The notes beneath the pieces were generated by a model, which ran no database searches, was not told the origin of the DNA, and saw only the letters and a program-made list of their open reading frames with translations. This document shows, one piece after another, positions 7,071-17,045 of a stretch of DNA of 32,000 bases. The first letter of the stretch is position 1, and each line of letters starts with the position of its first letter. The position numbers and the translations under genes were made by a program. This DNA is from Silvanigrella paludirubra. GTDB taxonomy: Bacteria; Bdellovibrionota_B; Oligoflexia; Silvanigrellales; Silvanigrellaceae. The stretch covers positions 69,374-101,373 of the forward strand of contig NZ_WFLM01000003.1 in assembly GCF_009208775.1 (NCBI RefSeq), read 5' to 3'.

Positions 7071-7323
7071 ATTTTAAATATTTAATAATTCAAACAAAGC
7101 AATTAAAATGTCTATTTTAAATACAATCAAGGATTTTTTATAATAAATATTTAGTTAAATTTAGAATAAAATTAAGTTTTATGAAAATAAATATATGTCA
7201 ATTAATATGACATCATTTGAAACAATTTTTTTTATATTTTTAAATTATATTATTTAATTTAATCTTTTATTCATATAATAAAAGTGTTTTATTAACCTTA
7301 ATCAAATAGAGGAATTATTCAAT

Positions 7324-7809
7324 ATGTTAAAAGAATTTCGAATTTTTAATATTATTTTCTTGGTATTATCATTCATAGCAATGAGTAGTACTTATGCGAA
7401 TGAAGTCATAGGTACATCAAAAGTGATTTATAAAAAATTAGATGCTCTTCAATTAAATGGCTCTAATTGCTCTTTAAGTGATAATGAATGCTTAAATTTC
7501 AAAAATATCTGCAACTCACTTTATGGAAATATGCTTCAAAGTGAAATTATTTTAAATTATAAGATTAATACACAAACAAATATGCATTATGGTATTTTAA
7601 CTTATCAAAATATAGATATTCCTTTAGCTTCTGCAGGAATTTCAGGAGAATATACTTTTTTAACCCCTTCAATACCAAGCCCATTAGATAGAACTATTCG
7701 AATTATTTTTTTTACTTTAGATAAAAACTTTGAAAATGCATATTCTTTTCTCCATTTTAGAGATAGCAATACAAATCAAAAATACCAATGTGTTTTAAGC
7801 TCAAAATAA
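7324..7809 (+). CDS. hypothetical secreted protein (161 aa)
   Basis: AGAGGA RBS. Signal peptide FNIIFLVLSFIAMSSTYA/NE. The mature part contains 5 Cys. I recognise no family. Confidence 0.5.
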   Translation: MLKEFRIFNIIFLVLSFIAMSSTYANEVIGTSKVIYKKLDALQLNGSNCSLSDNECLNFKNICNSLYGNMLQSEIILNYKINTQTNMHYGILTYQNIDIPLASAGISGEYTFLTPSIPSPLDRTIRIIFFTLDKNFENAYSFLHFRDSNTNQKYQCVLSSK

Positions 7810-7812
7810 CTG

Positions 7813-7857
7813 TTTAGAAAAAACATTTATATTATGATGAATATGTTTTTTTCTAAA
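7813..7857. terminator. possible bidirectional hairpin between convergent genes
   Basis: TTTAGAAAAAACAT (7813-7826) pairs with ATGTTTTTTTCTAAA (7843-7857), leaving one bulged T and a 16-nt loop. The stem is almost all A/T and overlaps the ABC gene stop, so it is weak. Confidence 0.25.
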
Positions 7858-9610
7858 TTTTCTCTCCCATTTGTATACTCCATAATCCAGAATATATTCC
7901 TTTTTTCATTACTAAAGTTTCATGATTACCTGATTCCATAATTTCGCCATGATCAAAGACAAATATTTTATCTGCATGCCTTATAGTTGACAATCTATGT
8001 GCTACAAGAATTGTAGTTCGCCCTAAAACTAATTTTTCTAATGATTTTTGTATTGCTAATTCTGTTTCATTATCTACTGCTGATGTTGCTTCATCTAATA
8101 TAAGAATAGGAGGATTTTTTAAAATTGCTCTAGCAATAGCGAGGCGTTGTCTTTGGCCACCAGATAATTTTTGACCGCGTTCTCCAATTTTTGTTTCATA
8201 ACCTGACTCTAGTAAAGAAATAAATTCATGAGATTCTGCTAATTTTGCTGCATTTTTGATTTCTTCAAGAGTTGCATGAAACGAACCGTATGCAATGTTT
8301 TCAGCAATTGTTCCATTTATTAAAAAAATATCTTGGCTAACATAACCAATAGATTTTCGTAAATCAAATAAATTAATTTCAGAAATATCTTTTCCGTCTA
8401 TTAATATTTGTCCTGATGTTTTTTCATAAAAACGAAGAAAAAGTTTTAATAAAGTACTTTTTCCCGATCCTGTAGTTCCAACAAAGGCAACGGTTTCACC
8501 CGGAAGAATATTTATATTAATATTTTTTAAAACAGGGCTCGTTAAATAAGAAAATTTTAAATCTTTACAAATAATTTCACCTTTTGTTTGAATTAAATTT
8601 AATCTCTCTCCTTGTTCTATTATTTTAATTGGTGTTTTTAATAAATCCATAACTCGATTTATTGAGGCAAGTGATCTTTGATAATTATCTGTTATTTCAG
8701 ATAACCCTGTTAATGGCCATAAAAGTCTTTGAGAAAGAAATATTAAAATACTATAAATAGCTACGTTTAATTTATTTTCTAATGTTAAAAAACCACCGTA
8801 AATTAAAATAAGCATAAATCCCATCATTACAGCCATTCTGATTATAGGAGTTATTGCGGAACTTATTTTTATGGCTTCATGATTAGATTTTCTATATTTA
8901 TTACTTAAGGATTTAATTCTATTTATTTCATAATTTTCTGTTGTAAAACTTTTAATTGTTGAAATTCCTAAAATATTATTATTTAAAATAGAATTTAATT
9001 CACCCGCATTTTCTCTTACATTATAATATTTAGGACCAATTTTTCTTTGAAAATAAAAAGCTCCGAATAAAATAAAAGGAATAGGAACAAGAGACAATAT
9101 TGCGATTGAAGGTGTTAAAATAAAAAAAATAATTCCTATTAATGTGGAAGACAAAAAAACTTGTATAATAGAATTTATTCCATTATTTAAAAATCTTTCA
9201 ATTTGATTTATATCATCGTTTAAAATAGAAAGTAAGTTTCCTGTATTTTTATTCTCAAAATAGGAGATATCTAATTTTTGAATATGAGAATAGAGATCCA
9301 TTCTAAGATCATGTTGTAAATTTTGAGCTATATTTCTCCATTTAATAGAATATAAATATTCAAAAAAAGATTCTAATATCCAAATTAAAGCTGTTATAAT
9401 TCCTAAAAATAGAATTTGTTCTTTTGCAGATGAAATTCCTAATTTTGATAATATCGCATTCTGTTTATTTACTACAGTATCTATGGCAATACCAATTAAA
9501 ATTTCTGGCATAATATCAAATATTTTATTTAGCGATGAATAAATGCTAGCTAATATAACATCTTTCTGATAACTTTTCGCATATATAAATAGCCGTTTAA
9601 AAGGATGCAT
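7853..9610 (-). CDS. ABC exporter, fused permease/ATPase (type I exporter, MsbA/MdlB-like)
   Basis: N-terminal six-helix TMD region, then Walker A GTTGSGKST, Q-loop, signature LSGGQRQR, Walker B ILILDEATSAVD and H-loop VAHRLS. Start set at the ATG at 9610 (MHPFKRL...); the track start at 9625 is a TTG. There is no C39 peptidase domain. Confidence 0.9.
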   Translation of the reverse strand: MHPFKRLFIYAKSYQKDVILASIYSSLNKIFDIMPEILIGIAIDTVVNKQNAILSKLGISSAKEQILFLGIITALIWILESFFEYLYSIKWRNIAQNLQHDLRMDLYSHIQKLDISYFENKNTGNLLSILNDDINQIERFLNNGINSIIQVFLSSTLIGIIFFILTPSIAILSLVPIPFILFGAFYFQRKIGPKYYNVRENAGELNSILNNNILGISTIKSFTTENYEINRIKSLSNKYRKSNHEAIKISSAITPIIRMAVMMGFMLILIYGGFLTLENKLNVAIYSILIFLSQRLLWPLTGLSEITDNYQRSLASINRVMDLLKTPIKIIEQGERLNLIQTKGEIICKDLKFSYLTSPVLKNININILPGETVAFVGTTGSGKSTLLKLFLRFYEKTSGQILIDGKDISEINLFDLRKSIGYVSQDIFLINGTIAENIAYGSFHATLEEIKNAAKLAESHEFISLLESGYETKIGERGQKLSGGQRQRLAIARAILKNPPILILDEATSAVDNETELAIQKSLEKLVLGRTTILVAHRLSTIRHADKIFVFDHGEIMESGNHETLVMKKGIYSGLWSIQMGEKI

Positions 9611-9647
9611 TGAATTACCTATCAAATAAAAAAATAAAATTATTAAG

Positions 9648-9676
9648 TTAATAAATTATTTTATTTTTTTTGTCAA
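9648..9676 (-). promoter_or_regulatory. sigma70-type promoter for the ABC exporter gene
   Basis: On the minus strand: TTGACA (9676-9671), a 17-nt spacer, then TATTAA (9653-9648). It lies ~40 nt upstream of the ATG. Confidence 0.35.
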
Positions 9677-9809
9677 ATAAGACTTTTGAAACATTAATGA
9701 ATCTAAATTTAATTAGAATACCAATAAATTATCTTAGGTAAAATTTACCGTATATCATTTTAAAAATATTCCGAAAAATTAAAACTAAAATATGACTTAA
9801 GGCTTAAAA

Positions 9810-10454
9810 ATGATTTATTTCAATATTAAATTTATTCAATTTATATGCATCTTCTCTTTAAATATTATTTTAATAAGTTCAGCTTTTTCAAGTAACAATG
9901 AATCCTCTGCTGGTGCTGTCGTTGGTTTATTTCAACCAACTTATGGAAAATTTGCAACAATTGCTTCAAACGCGAGTCAACCTACTTTTCCAACCAGCAT
10001 GTTGATGTTGGGTGGTGATGCTACTTTTATGAGAAAAGGATTTTTTACAGGTGGTCGTGTTTTATATGGAAGCACAGCAACAAGTAGCGTTAGTACTTCG
10101 GCAAGCACTTATGAATTAACAACACTTGGATTAAAATCTGGTTATGGATTTGATTTATCTTTTATAGATTTTAAATTAGGTGGTTTATTTGGAGTAGGGA
10201 ATTTAAATTTTACCTCGATAAATAGTTCACAAAGTGGAAGCATTATAGTGGATTATTTATTTATTGAACCATTTTTAATGTTAGGAGTTTCAGGAGGAAA
10301 AAATTTTAAAGCAAGTATGGGAGGAGGATATCATTATACCTTTCCATATAAAGTAACAACTTATGGAAGTACACTAATCTCTGATCCCTCCCAAGCAACT
10401 GTCTCAGGAATTATGATAACATTTTTACTTAGCTTTGGAGATTTTGGTAAGTAA
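9810..10454 (+). CDS. hypothetical secreted protein, possibly a small outer-membrane beta-barrel
   Basis: Signal-like N-terminus (FICIFSLNIILISSAFS). Gly/Ser/Thr/aromatic-rich with alternating hydrophobic patterns (LTTLGLKSGYGFDLSFIDFKLGGLFGVGNLNF). The fold call is an inference only. Confidence 0.4.
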   Translation: MIYFNIKFIQFICIFSLNIILISSAFSSNNESSAGAVVGLFQPTYGKFATIASNASQPTFPTSMLMLGGDATFMRKGFFTGGRVLYGSTATSSVSTSASTYELTTLGLKSGYGFDLSFIDFKLGGLFGVGNLNFTSINSSQSGSIIVDYLFIEPFLMLGVSGGKNFKASMGGGYHYTFPYKVTTYGSTLISDPSQATVSGIMITFLLSFGDFGK

Positions 10455-10462
10455 AGTAACTT

Positions 10463-11497
10463 TTACAACCGAATTAAACTTCCGCCCCAAGTAAAACCAG
10501 CTCCAAAAGCAACAGTTAAAATTAGGTCACCTTTTTTAACTCTACCTTGCTCAAGTGCTTCATTAATACAAATTGGAATTGTCGCTGAAGTTGTATTTCC
10601 ATATTGATGAATATTATTGAAGACTTTATCTGGAGAAAGCTCCATTTTTTCTCTTACCATTTCACTAATTCTTAAGTTTGCTTGATGAGGAATTAAACAA
10701 GCAATATCGTTCGCAGTGATTTGATGTCTCTTCATTAATGTTTCAGCAACTTCACACATTCTACTTACAGCATGTTTGAAAACCAAACGACCTTCCATTT
10801 TAGGATGCCAGTCACCTAGTCCATGAGTTTCTGGATTTAAAAATCCTTTTGTAGCCGTTCCTGGTGAACGTATCAAAAGAAGTTCTGCACCTGTTCCATC
10901 ACTTCCAAGAATGGTGTCAATCACACCAGATTTATTATTATTTGTAGATGGTAATTCAGACTCAGAACATTCTTCAGCTTCACATATAACTGCAGCTGCG
11001 CCATCACCAAAAAGCACAGCTACGTTTCTGCCATTTGTAGTCAGATCGAGAAGCTTGCTTTGTACATCAGAAAATACCAACAAAATTCGTTTGTATTGTC
11101 CACTTTTAATCATAGCATCAGCTAATTGTGTGGAATAGACAAAAGCACTACATTGCACTCGAATATCTACAGCTGGGATCATAGGAAATCCCAATTTATG
11201 CTGCACAATGGGAGCAATTCCAGGAAAATAAAAATCCGGAGATAATGTAGAGGCGATAATATAATCAAAATCAGAAGGTTTTAATTTAGATTCTTCAAGA
11301 ATTTTCTTTACAGCTTCAATCGCAAGATCGGAAGTTGTTGTGGGTTCTTCCACAAAACGTCTTTCTCTAATACCTGATCTTTCCGTTATCCAAGCATCAT
11401 TTGTGTCCATGAGCTTGCTAAGATCATTATTAGTTACTCTTCCTGGAGGAAGATATCGAGAAAAATGTGTCATTACTGTCTTAAAATGCTTTGCCAT
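10463..11497 (-). CDS. fabH: beta-ketoacyl-ACP synthase III
   Basis: YLPPGRVTNNDLSKLMDTNDAWITERSGIRERRF N-terminal signature. Cys-His-Asn triad contexts VQCSAFVY, PHQANLRI and GNTTSATIP. C-terminal GAGFTWGG. Start set at the ATG at 11497, preceded by GAGGAG. Confidence 0.85.
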   Translation of the reverse strand: MAKHFKTVMTHFSRYLPPGRVTNNDLSKLMDTNDAWITERSGIRERRFVEEPTTTSDLAIEAVKKILEESKLKPSDFDYIIASTLSPDFYFPGIAPIVQHKLGFPMIPAVDIRVQCSAFVYSTQLADAMIKSGQYKRILLVFSDVQSKLLDLTTNGRNVAVLFGDGAAAVICEAEECSESELPSTNNNKSGVIDTILGSDGTGAELLLIRSPGTATKGFLNPETHGLGDWHPKMEGRLVFKHAVSRMCEVAETLMKRHQITANDIACLIPHQANLRISEMVREKMELSPDKVFNNIHQYGNTTSATIPICINEALEQGRVKKGDLILTVAFGAGFTWGGSLIRL

Positions 11498-11679
11498 GTT
11501 TATACGCTCCTCTAGCAACCATGACTTTCGTATGTCTTGCATCTCCTAACCTAAGTAGCATATCATGGCAAATTTTCTTGAATGTGCAAGATTAATAATC
11601 ATAATATGACATGTAATCGGAGCTTTTGGTTGATTTATGATTTTATGATGAAAGCAATTCATTGTTTAAGGAAAAACAA

Positions 11680-13467
11680 ATGTTAAAACAGCTAAATATA
11701 CAAAATCTAGCTATTGCAGAGAATATATCTGTCCATTTTCAAAAAGGATTAAATGTCATCACAGGAGAAACAGGCGCAGGAAAGTCTTTACTAGTAGATG
11801 CCATGTGCCTTCTAAGGGGATGTAGAGTTGACACTAAATTAATAAGAACAGGTCATGAAAGCGCTCTGGTCACTGGAATATTCACTCCAAATAAAAACGA
11901 TTCCTCCATATTTTCTACGCTTGAAGAGTTTGGAATTCCTCTTTATTCAGACGACCCCGATGAAATTGTTATTAAAAGATATATTCAAAGAAATGGAAAA
12001 CACCGAGCTACGATTAATGAAACCATAGTAAGCTCTAAAACTCTTCAATATATATCTGGCGAATTAATAGATATTAGCAGTCAGTTTGAAAATCAAAGAT
12101 TATTAGATAGTGATACTCACACCTCCTTTTTAGATGAGTTTGCCCAAAACACATTAAATTATAAAAATTATATTCATCATTTTAATTTAGGCCATGAACA
12201 ACTAAAGCAATTAAAACAATTAATATTTGAACAAGATTTATTAAGAAGGGAAAAAAATTTATATGAATTTGAACTTTCTCAAATAAATGAAGCCAATATT
12301 TCTTTAAATGAATTTAAAAAAATAGAAGATATTATTTCATTAGGCAACAAATCAAATTTGTTAAAAAGAATTTGTTCTGAAATCAATATGAATTTATCAA
12401 ATGATGAAGTTAATTGTTTAGATCTTTTAAAACATTCAAGAAAAAATATTGAAAAATTAATTAAATTATCTGGTCAAACTGAAATTCCAATTCAATCAGA
12501 AAAAATGGATGAAATCATTTTTCTTTTAGAAGAGCTTGTTCTTAAAATTGAACAAACCTCAAATAAATTTGAAATAGATGAATCCTTATTAAACCAAGCA
12601 TCACAAAGAATCGAAATTTATAATAAATTATTGATTAAATATGGCCCAACCATAGAAGATATTTTTTTGTATAAAAATAAATGTGAAAGTTATTTATTGA
12701 AAGCAGAAAATATAGAAAATGAAATGATTAACTTATCTAAAAAATGTGAAAAAACTTTGAAAAATGCCCTAACACTTTCTGAAGAATTAAAAAACTCGAG
12801 AATGAGCAAATTAGATTATATTTCATTGTCCATAGAAAAAGAACTTTCTGAATTAGGCATGCCTAAATCAAAGTTTATTTGTGAATTAAAAGAAAATATA
12901 AAATATCAAGATGAACAAAAAACTCTTGAATTTATAAACTCAAAAATATCTCAAGAATTATTAAAAAATTTCTTTTCATTATCAAAGTCTGGGTCTGAAA
13001 AAGCACAATTTTTATTAAGTACAAATGTAGGTATTGAAGCTCAAGCCATTGAAAAAGTGGCAAGTGGCGGAGAATTATCAAGAGTAATGCTTGCGATTAA
13101 AAATGTTTTATTTGATGAAGAAACAATGAGTGTCTTTGTTTTTGACGAAATTGACACTGGCATTAGTGGAAATATTGCGGCTAAAGTAGGTAGAAAATTA
13201 TCCGATTTCTGCAAAAATTCATATGGTAACATAACAAGACAAGCATTGTGCATCACTCACTTGCCACAAGTTGCTTGTTATGCTCAAAATCATTTTGTTG
13301 TTTCGAAAGAACTCAGAAACAACAAAACAGTAACAAAAATAATTCAAGCGAATAAAGACGAAAAAATAAACGAAATCGCTATTCTTTTATCTGGTGAAGA
13401 AATTAGCCAAGAAAGTCTTGCACAGGCTAAAGTTTTAGTTATGGAAGCGCAAAAAGAACTTCATTAA
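11680..13467 (+). CDS. recN: DNA repair protein RecN
   Basis: L-x-I-x-N-x-A-I N-terminus, Walker A GETGAGKS, a long coiled-coil middle, SMC-type signature ASGGELSRVMLA and Walker B VFVFDEIDTGISG. ATG at 11680 with AAGGA 7 nt upstream; the track start at 11662 is a TTG. Confidence 0.9.
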   Translation: MLKQLNIQNLAIAENISVHFQKGLNVITGETGAGKSLLVDAMCLLRGCRVDTKLIRTGHESALVTGIFTPNKNDSSIFSTLEEFGIPLYSDDPDEIVIKRYIQRNGKHRATINETIVSSKTLQYISGELIDISSQFENQRLLDSDTHTSFLDEFAQNTLNYKNYIHHFNLGHEQLKQLKQLIFEQDLLRREKNLYEFELSQINEANISLNEFKKIEDIISLGNKSNLLKRICSEINMNLSNDEVNCLDLLKHSRKNIEKLIKLSGQTEIPIQSEKMDEIIFLLEELVLKIEQTSNKFEIDESLLNQASQRIEIYNKLLIKYGPTIEDIFLYKNKCESYLLKAENIENEMINLSKKCEKTLKNALTLSEELKNSRMSKLDYISLSIEKELSELGMPKSKFICELKENIKYQDEQKTLEFINSKISQELLKNFFSLSKSGSEKAQFLLSTNVGIEAQAIEKVASGGELSRVMLAIKNVLFDEETMSVFVFDEIDTGISGNIAAKVGRKLSDFCKNSYGNITRQALCITHLPQVACYAQNHFVVSKELRNNKTVTKIIQANKDEKINEIAILLSGEEISQESLAQAKVLVMEAQKELH

Positions 13468-13583
13468 ATAAAAATAGACAACCAATTTATAATAATAAAT
13501 TATCATTGATATATTTCTAAATTTGACTAAATTTATGTTTGTCTCCTTTCTTTCATTTGCAATTAACAGAATTGGAAATAAAA

Positions 13584-14621
13584 ATGGCACAAACATTATC
13601 CATAAATTTATCTAAAGAAATTCATCTTGCCTCAAGACCAATTGGACTTCCTAAATTAAATGATTTTATATTAGTTGAAAAAAAAATACCTGAAGTTAAA
13701 GAAGAAGAAGTTTTAGTACAAAATATTTGGATGTCTGTTGACCCCTATATGAGAGGAAGAATGGACGACTCACCTAGCTACATCCCACCATTTAAACTAG
13801 ACTCCCCTTTAGAAGGAAGTGCAATTGGAAAAGTAATTTCTTCTAAATCAACAAAATTTACAGAAGGCGAATATGTAATTAGTATGTTTGGATGGAGAGA
13901 AGCATTTGTTTCTCAAGCAAAATATTTAAAAAAATTAAATCTCACGGACATGCCTAACTCGTTACCAATTGAGCTACATTTAAGTATTTTAGGAAATGCA
14001 GGATTAACCGCTTACGCTGCTTTATTCCGAATCGCAAATTTAAAACCAAGTGAAAAAGTATTTATATCAGGAGCGACGGGAGCTGTTGGTTCTGTTGCTT
14101 GTGCACTAGCTAAATCCATAGGCTGTTACGTTGTGGGAACTGCTGGCAGTGAAGAAAAAAGAAAATGGCTTGAAAAAGAATTAAAAATTGATGTCGCAAT
14201 TAATTATAATGACACCCGCTTTTCAGAATCAATTACACAGGCGTTTCCACAAGGTATAGACGTTTATCTTGAAAATGCTGGGGGCGAACAACTTCGTGTT
14301 GCATTAGATAATATGAAACAATTTGGACGTATTGCATTTTCAGGAATGATTGATGGATATAATAATGTTACTCAAAAACCAGGTCCATCAAATTTATTTC
14401 AAATTATTAAAAAGAGTTTAAAATTAGAAGGATTTATTTCAACAAATCACCAAGATTTAAATGAAAGTTTTTTAAATTGTGCTTATCAATTATTAAATTC
14501 TGGTAAATTAAAATGGAATCATAGTGTTTCAGAAGGAATTGAATCTTCTCCACAAGCAATGATTGATCTTTTTACAGGAAAAAGTTTTGGAAAGACTTTA
14601 GTCAAATTAAGCGCAAGCTAA
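13584..14621 (+). CDS. NADP-dependent oxidoreductase, MDR superfamily (YncB/CurA, alkenal/one reductase-like)
   Basis: SVDPYMRGRM motif, nucleotide-binding ISGATGAVGSVA, and length and layout typical of the leukotriene-B4-dehydrogenase/YncB subgroup. Start set at the ATG at 13584; the track start is a TTG. Confidence 0.8.
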   Translation: MAQTLSINLSKEIHLASRPIGLPKLNDFILVEKKIPEVKEEEVLVQNIWMSVDPYMRGRMDDSPSYIPPFKLDSPLEGSAIGKVISSKSTKFTEGEYVISMFGWREAFVSQAKYLKKLNLTDMPNSLPIELHLSILGNAGLTAYAALFRIANLKPSEKVFISGATGAVGSVACALAKSIGCYVVGTAGSEEKRKWLEKELKIDVAINYNDTRFSESITQAFPQGIDVYLENAGGEQLRVALDNMKQFGRIAFSGMIDGYNNVTQKPGPSNLFQIIKKSLKLEGFISTNHQDLNESFLNCAYQLLNSGKLKWNHSVSEGIESSPQAMIDLFTGKSFGKTLVKLSAS

Positions 14622-14623
14622 AT

Positions 14624-15850
14624 TTAACTAGGAACGCTTTCTCCTTCATTATAATCAAGTGAAGCATAATTTGTTTCTTTTAATGTTAATAATGCAATTG
14701 TTCCTAGTATTAAAAAAATACCAGCTGAAATAACCAAACCAATCCACTTTTCATTAAATTGTAAAGACATCCAAGGAACAAAAGCATTCATAATTATAAT
14801 AGAGCATCTTGCTAAATTAGAAATAATAGAAGATGCAATATTTCTTTGGTTTGTTCCAAAACTTTCAACAGCAAAAACCATAAGTAATCCAGAATATCCA
14901 CTTGCAAGACCTATTAAAAATAAAATGGAATAATATACTTCTATAGATACCAAAGAGCCTAAAGAAAATAAACAAATAGATAAGAACATAATTAATAATG
15001 CACTAAAAATAGATTTTTTTCTACTATAAGTTAATTTTGCAATAAATGGAAAAAAATAAGACCCAATAAATGAACCTACAAAATAAACACCTAAAGAAAA
15101 CCCTTGACTAATGGCAGTTTTAATTCCAACAGATTTAGCAATTTCAGGTGCAAAATTTACAAAAAATGCCATAAACCAAAAAGGAACAATTGCTAATAAA
15201 AGAGCAACAACTCTAGCAAAAGAATTTTTATTAAATATTAATAATTTTATACTGCCTCTAACAACATGACTTTGATATTTCATATTTTGATAAATAATAG
15301 AATCTGCAACTGAAATTCGGACAAAAAGCAAAATTAATCCAGCCAATCCACCTACAATAAATAAAACTTGCCAATTAAAATAACTACCTATAAATGCTGC
15401 AAGCATACCACCAACAACACCGGATGAATAAATGATACCAGATGCTTTTGCTCTTTTATCGGCTGGTAATAATTCACTCAATAATGTAATGGAAGCCGCA
15501 AATTCACCCGCTAATCCAACGGCAGCTAAAAATCTCATTAAAGCAAACATGGGAACTGTAGTAACAAATGCATTCAAAATAATACAAACAGAATATAATA
15601 AAATACCTGCTCTAACGGCAGACATTCTTCCAAATTTATCACCCCAAATCCCACTTAAAATTCCACCCACAACAACACCAACCGCTTGAGCATTAAACAT
15701 GAGTGAGCTTACACTTATAAAATCTTCTTGGGGCACTCCTAACGCTTGCAATGCAGGTGTTCTTACTACGGCAAAAATTGTTAAATCAAAAAAATCAATC
15801 ATATACCCTATAGCTAAAATAAATATTATAAATTTTGGATTATTTTTCAT
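14624..15850 (-). CDS. MFS transporter
   Basis: 408 aa with ~12 predicted hydrophobic helices and the MFS loop 2-3 motif GDKFGRMSAVRAG. It lies 13 nt downstream of menE on the same strand. Confidence 0.85.
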   Translation of the reverse strand: MKNNPKFIIFILAIGYMIDFFDLTIFAVVRTPALQALGVPQEDFISVSSLMFNAQAVGVVVGGILSGIWGDKFGRMSAVRAGILLYSVCIILNAFVTTVPMFALMRFLAAVGLAGEFAASITLLSELLPADKRAKASGIIYSSGVVGGMLAAFIGSYFNWQVLFIVGGLAGLILLFVRISVADSIIYQNMKYQSHVVRGSIKLLIFNKNSFARVVALLLAIVPFWFMAFFVNFAPEIAKSVGIKTAISQGFSLGVYFVGSFIGSYFFPFIAKLTYSRKKSIFSALLIMFLSICLFSLGSLVSIEVYYSILFLIGLASGYSGLLMVFAVESFGTNQRNIASSIISNLARCSIIIMNAFVPWMSLQFNEKWIGLVISAGIFLILGTIALLTLKETNYASLDYNEGESVPS

Positions 15851-15863
15851 TCAATTTACCTTA

Positions 15864-17045
15864 TTATAATTGATGATTATTTTTTGAAAGATCACATATT
15901 AATTGATTACGCTTTAGTTTACCAAGTTCAGTCCTCGGAATTTTATCTATAAAATAAATATTTTTTATTTTCTCAAAAGGAAAAACTCTTTTATTAAATT
16001 CATTTTTAATTTGGTCAAATAATTTACTAGATTTTATATTATCTTTTGTAAAAACAAGTGAAATTTTATTTTCCAATCGTTCATCTTTTTCATAAATAAC
16101 TGCAGCATCATCATTATATTCAAGTTCTGTTTTTAAATCTAATAAAATATGATCTAATCTAGATAAAGAAACATTCTCACCTGAAACTTTAATAACATCA
16201 TCACTTCTTCCATAAATTTGAAGAAATGAATCCTTAATATTACCAATATCTGAAGTAATTAAATACTTATCTGATTCATTTGAAATATGAGTTTTAACAT
16301 CTAAAAATTGAGTTTCATTATTTTTTAAAATTATGTATCCAGTTAATAAAGAAGAACCTGAAATACTTAAATTTCCATATTCATTTTTTTTAACATTTAA
16401 ATGATCTAAAATTTTTAATTCTGGATAGGTTGTTTCCCATTTAAAATTTATAGCAGCAGTTGCAATTTGAGAAGCACATTCCGTCATTCCATAGCTTGGT
16501 AATAAAGGCCAATTTAATTTTTTTGCTTTGTCATATAAAGATTTTGATAAAGCACCACCACCAACCACAACGGCTCTAAGGGACGGAGGGGAAGTCAAAT
16601 TTTGATTGATTAAATCATAAATTTGTGTTGGAACTAAAGAAGCAATAGTTACTTTATTTTTAATAATTTCTTGTATGAAATAATTTGCATCCCATTTTAA
16701 AGAATCAGAATATACATTTATTAATTTTGCACCACTTAAATAAGACCTAGAATATAATGATAAGCCACCAATATGAAAATAGGGTAGGGCATTTAAAAGA
16801 ATATCATTTTTAGTACAATCTAAATGATTGTTAACTGATTTTGAAGAATTTAAAATCGCATTTTTACTCAAGGCTACAAATTTCATTTCACTTGAATTTA
16901 AAGCAGTTGAGCCTGATGTTGCTAAAATAATATGGGATTCAAGAGAATAATCTTTAATCACTTTATTCAAAGATAAATTATGTAATGGCAAGGCTTTAGG
17001 ATTTAAAAAAACATGGGATTCATTGGAAAGCCAATCTATTTTCAT
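15864..17045 (-). CDS. menE: o-succinylbenzoate-CoA ligase-like ANL adenylating enzyme (short form)
   Basis: ANL motifs YGMTECAS, ITSDIG, GRSDDVIKVSGENV and IPRTELGKLKR. The P-loop is atypical (TSGSTALNSS rather than TSGTTGxPK). The ATG at 17045 forms an ATGA overlap with the menC stop, with GGAG 10 nt upstream. The men assignment rests on operon context. Confidence 0.7.
   Translation of the reverse strand: MKIDWLSNESHVFLNPKALPLHNLSLNKVIKDYSLESHIILATSGSTALNSSEMKFVALSKNAILNSSKSVNNHLDCTKNDILLNALPYFHIGGLSLYSRSYLSGAKLINVYSDSLKWDANYFIQEIIKNKVTIASLVPTQIYDLINQNLTSPPSLRAVVVGGGALSKSLYDKAKKLNWPLLPSYGMTECASQIATAAINFKWETTYPELKILDHLNVKKNEYGNLSISGSSLLTGYIILKNNETQFLDVKTHISNESDKYLITSDIGNIKDSFLQIYGRSDDVIKVSGENVSLSRLDHILLDLKTELEYNDDAAVIYEKDERLENKISLVFTKDNIKSSKLFDQIKNEFNKRVFPFEKIKNIYFIDKIPRTELGKLKRNQLICDLSKNNHQL

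Noticed and set aside
9737-9749. A GGTAAA-a-TTTACC palindrome in the ABC/OMP divergent region, and the recurrence of the ATTTGACAA sequence in five intergenic regions.
   Set aside because: The palindrome has only 6-bp arms. The recurring motif is simply the sigma70 -35 consensus in A/T context, and it is reported as individual promoters where the spacing to a -10 is acceptable.
11498-11679. An SOS/LexA operator upstream of recN.
   Set aside because: There is no CTGT-N8-ACAG, GAAC-N4-GTTC or TTAC-N3-GTAA type palindrome. The only element is a 5-bp TCTTG-N6-CAAGA inverted repeat, which is too short to call.
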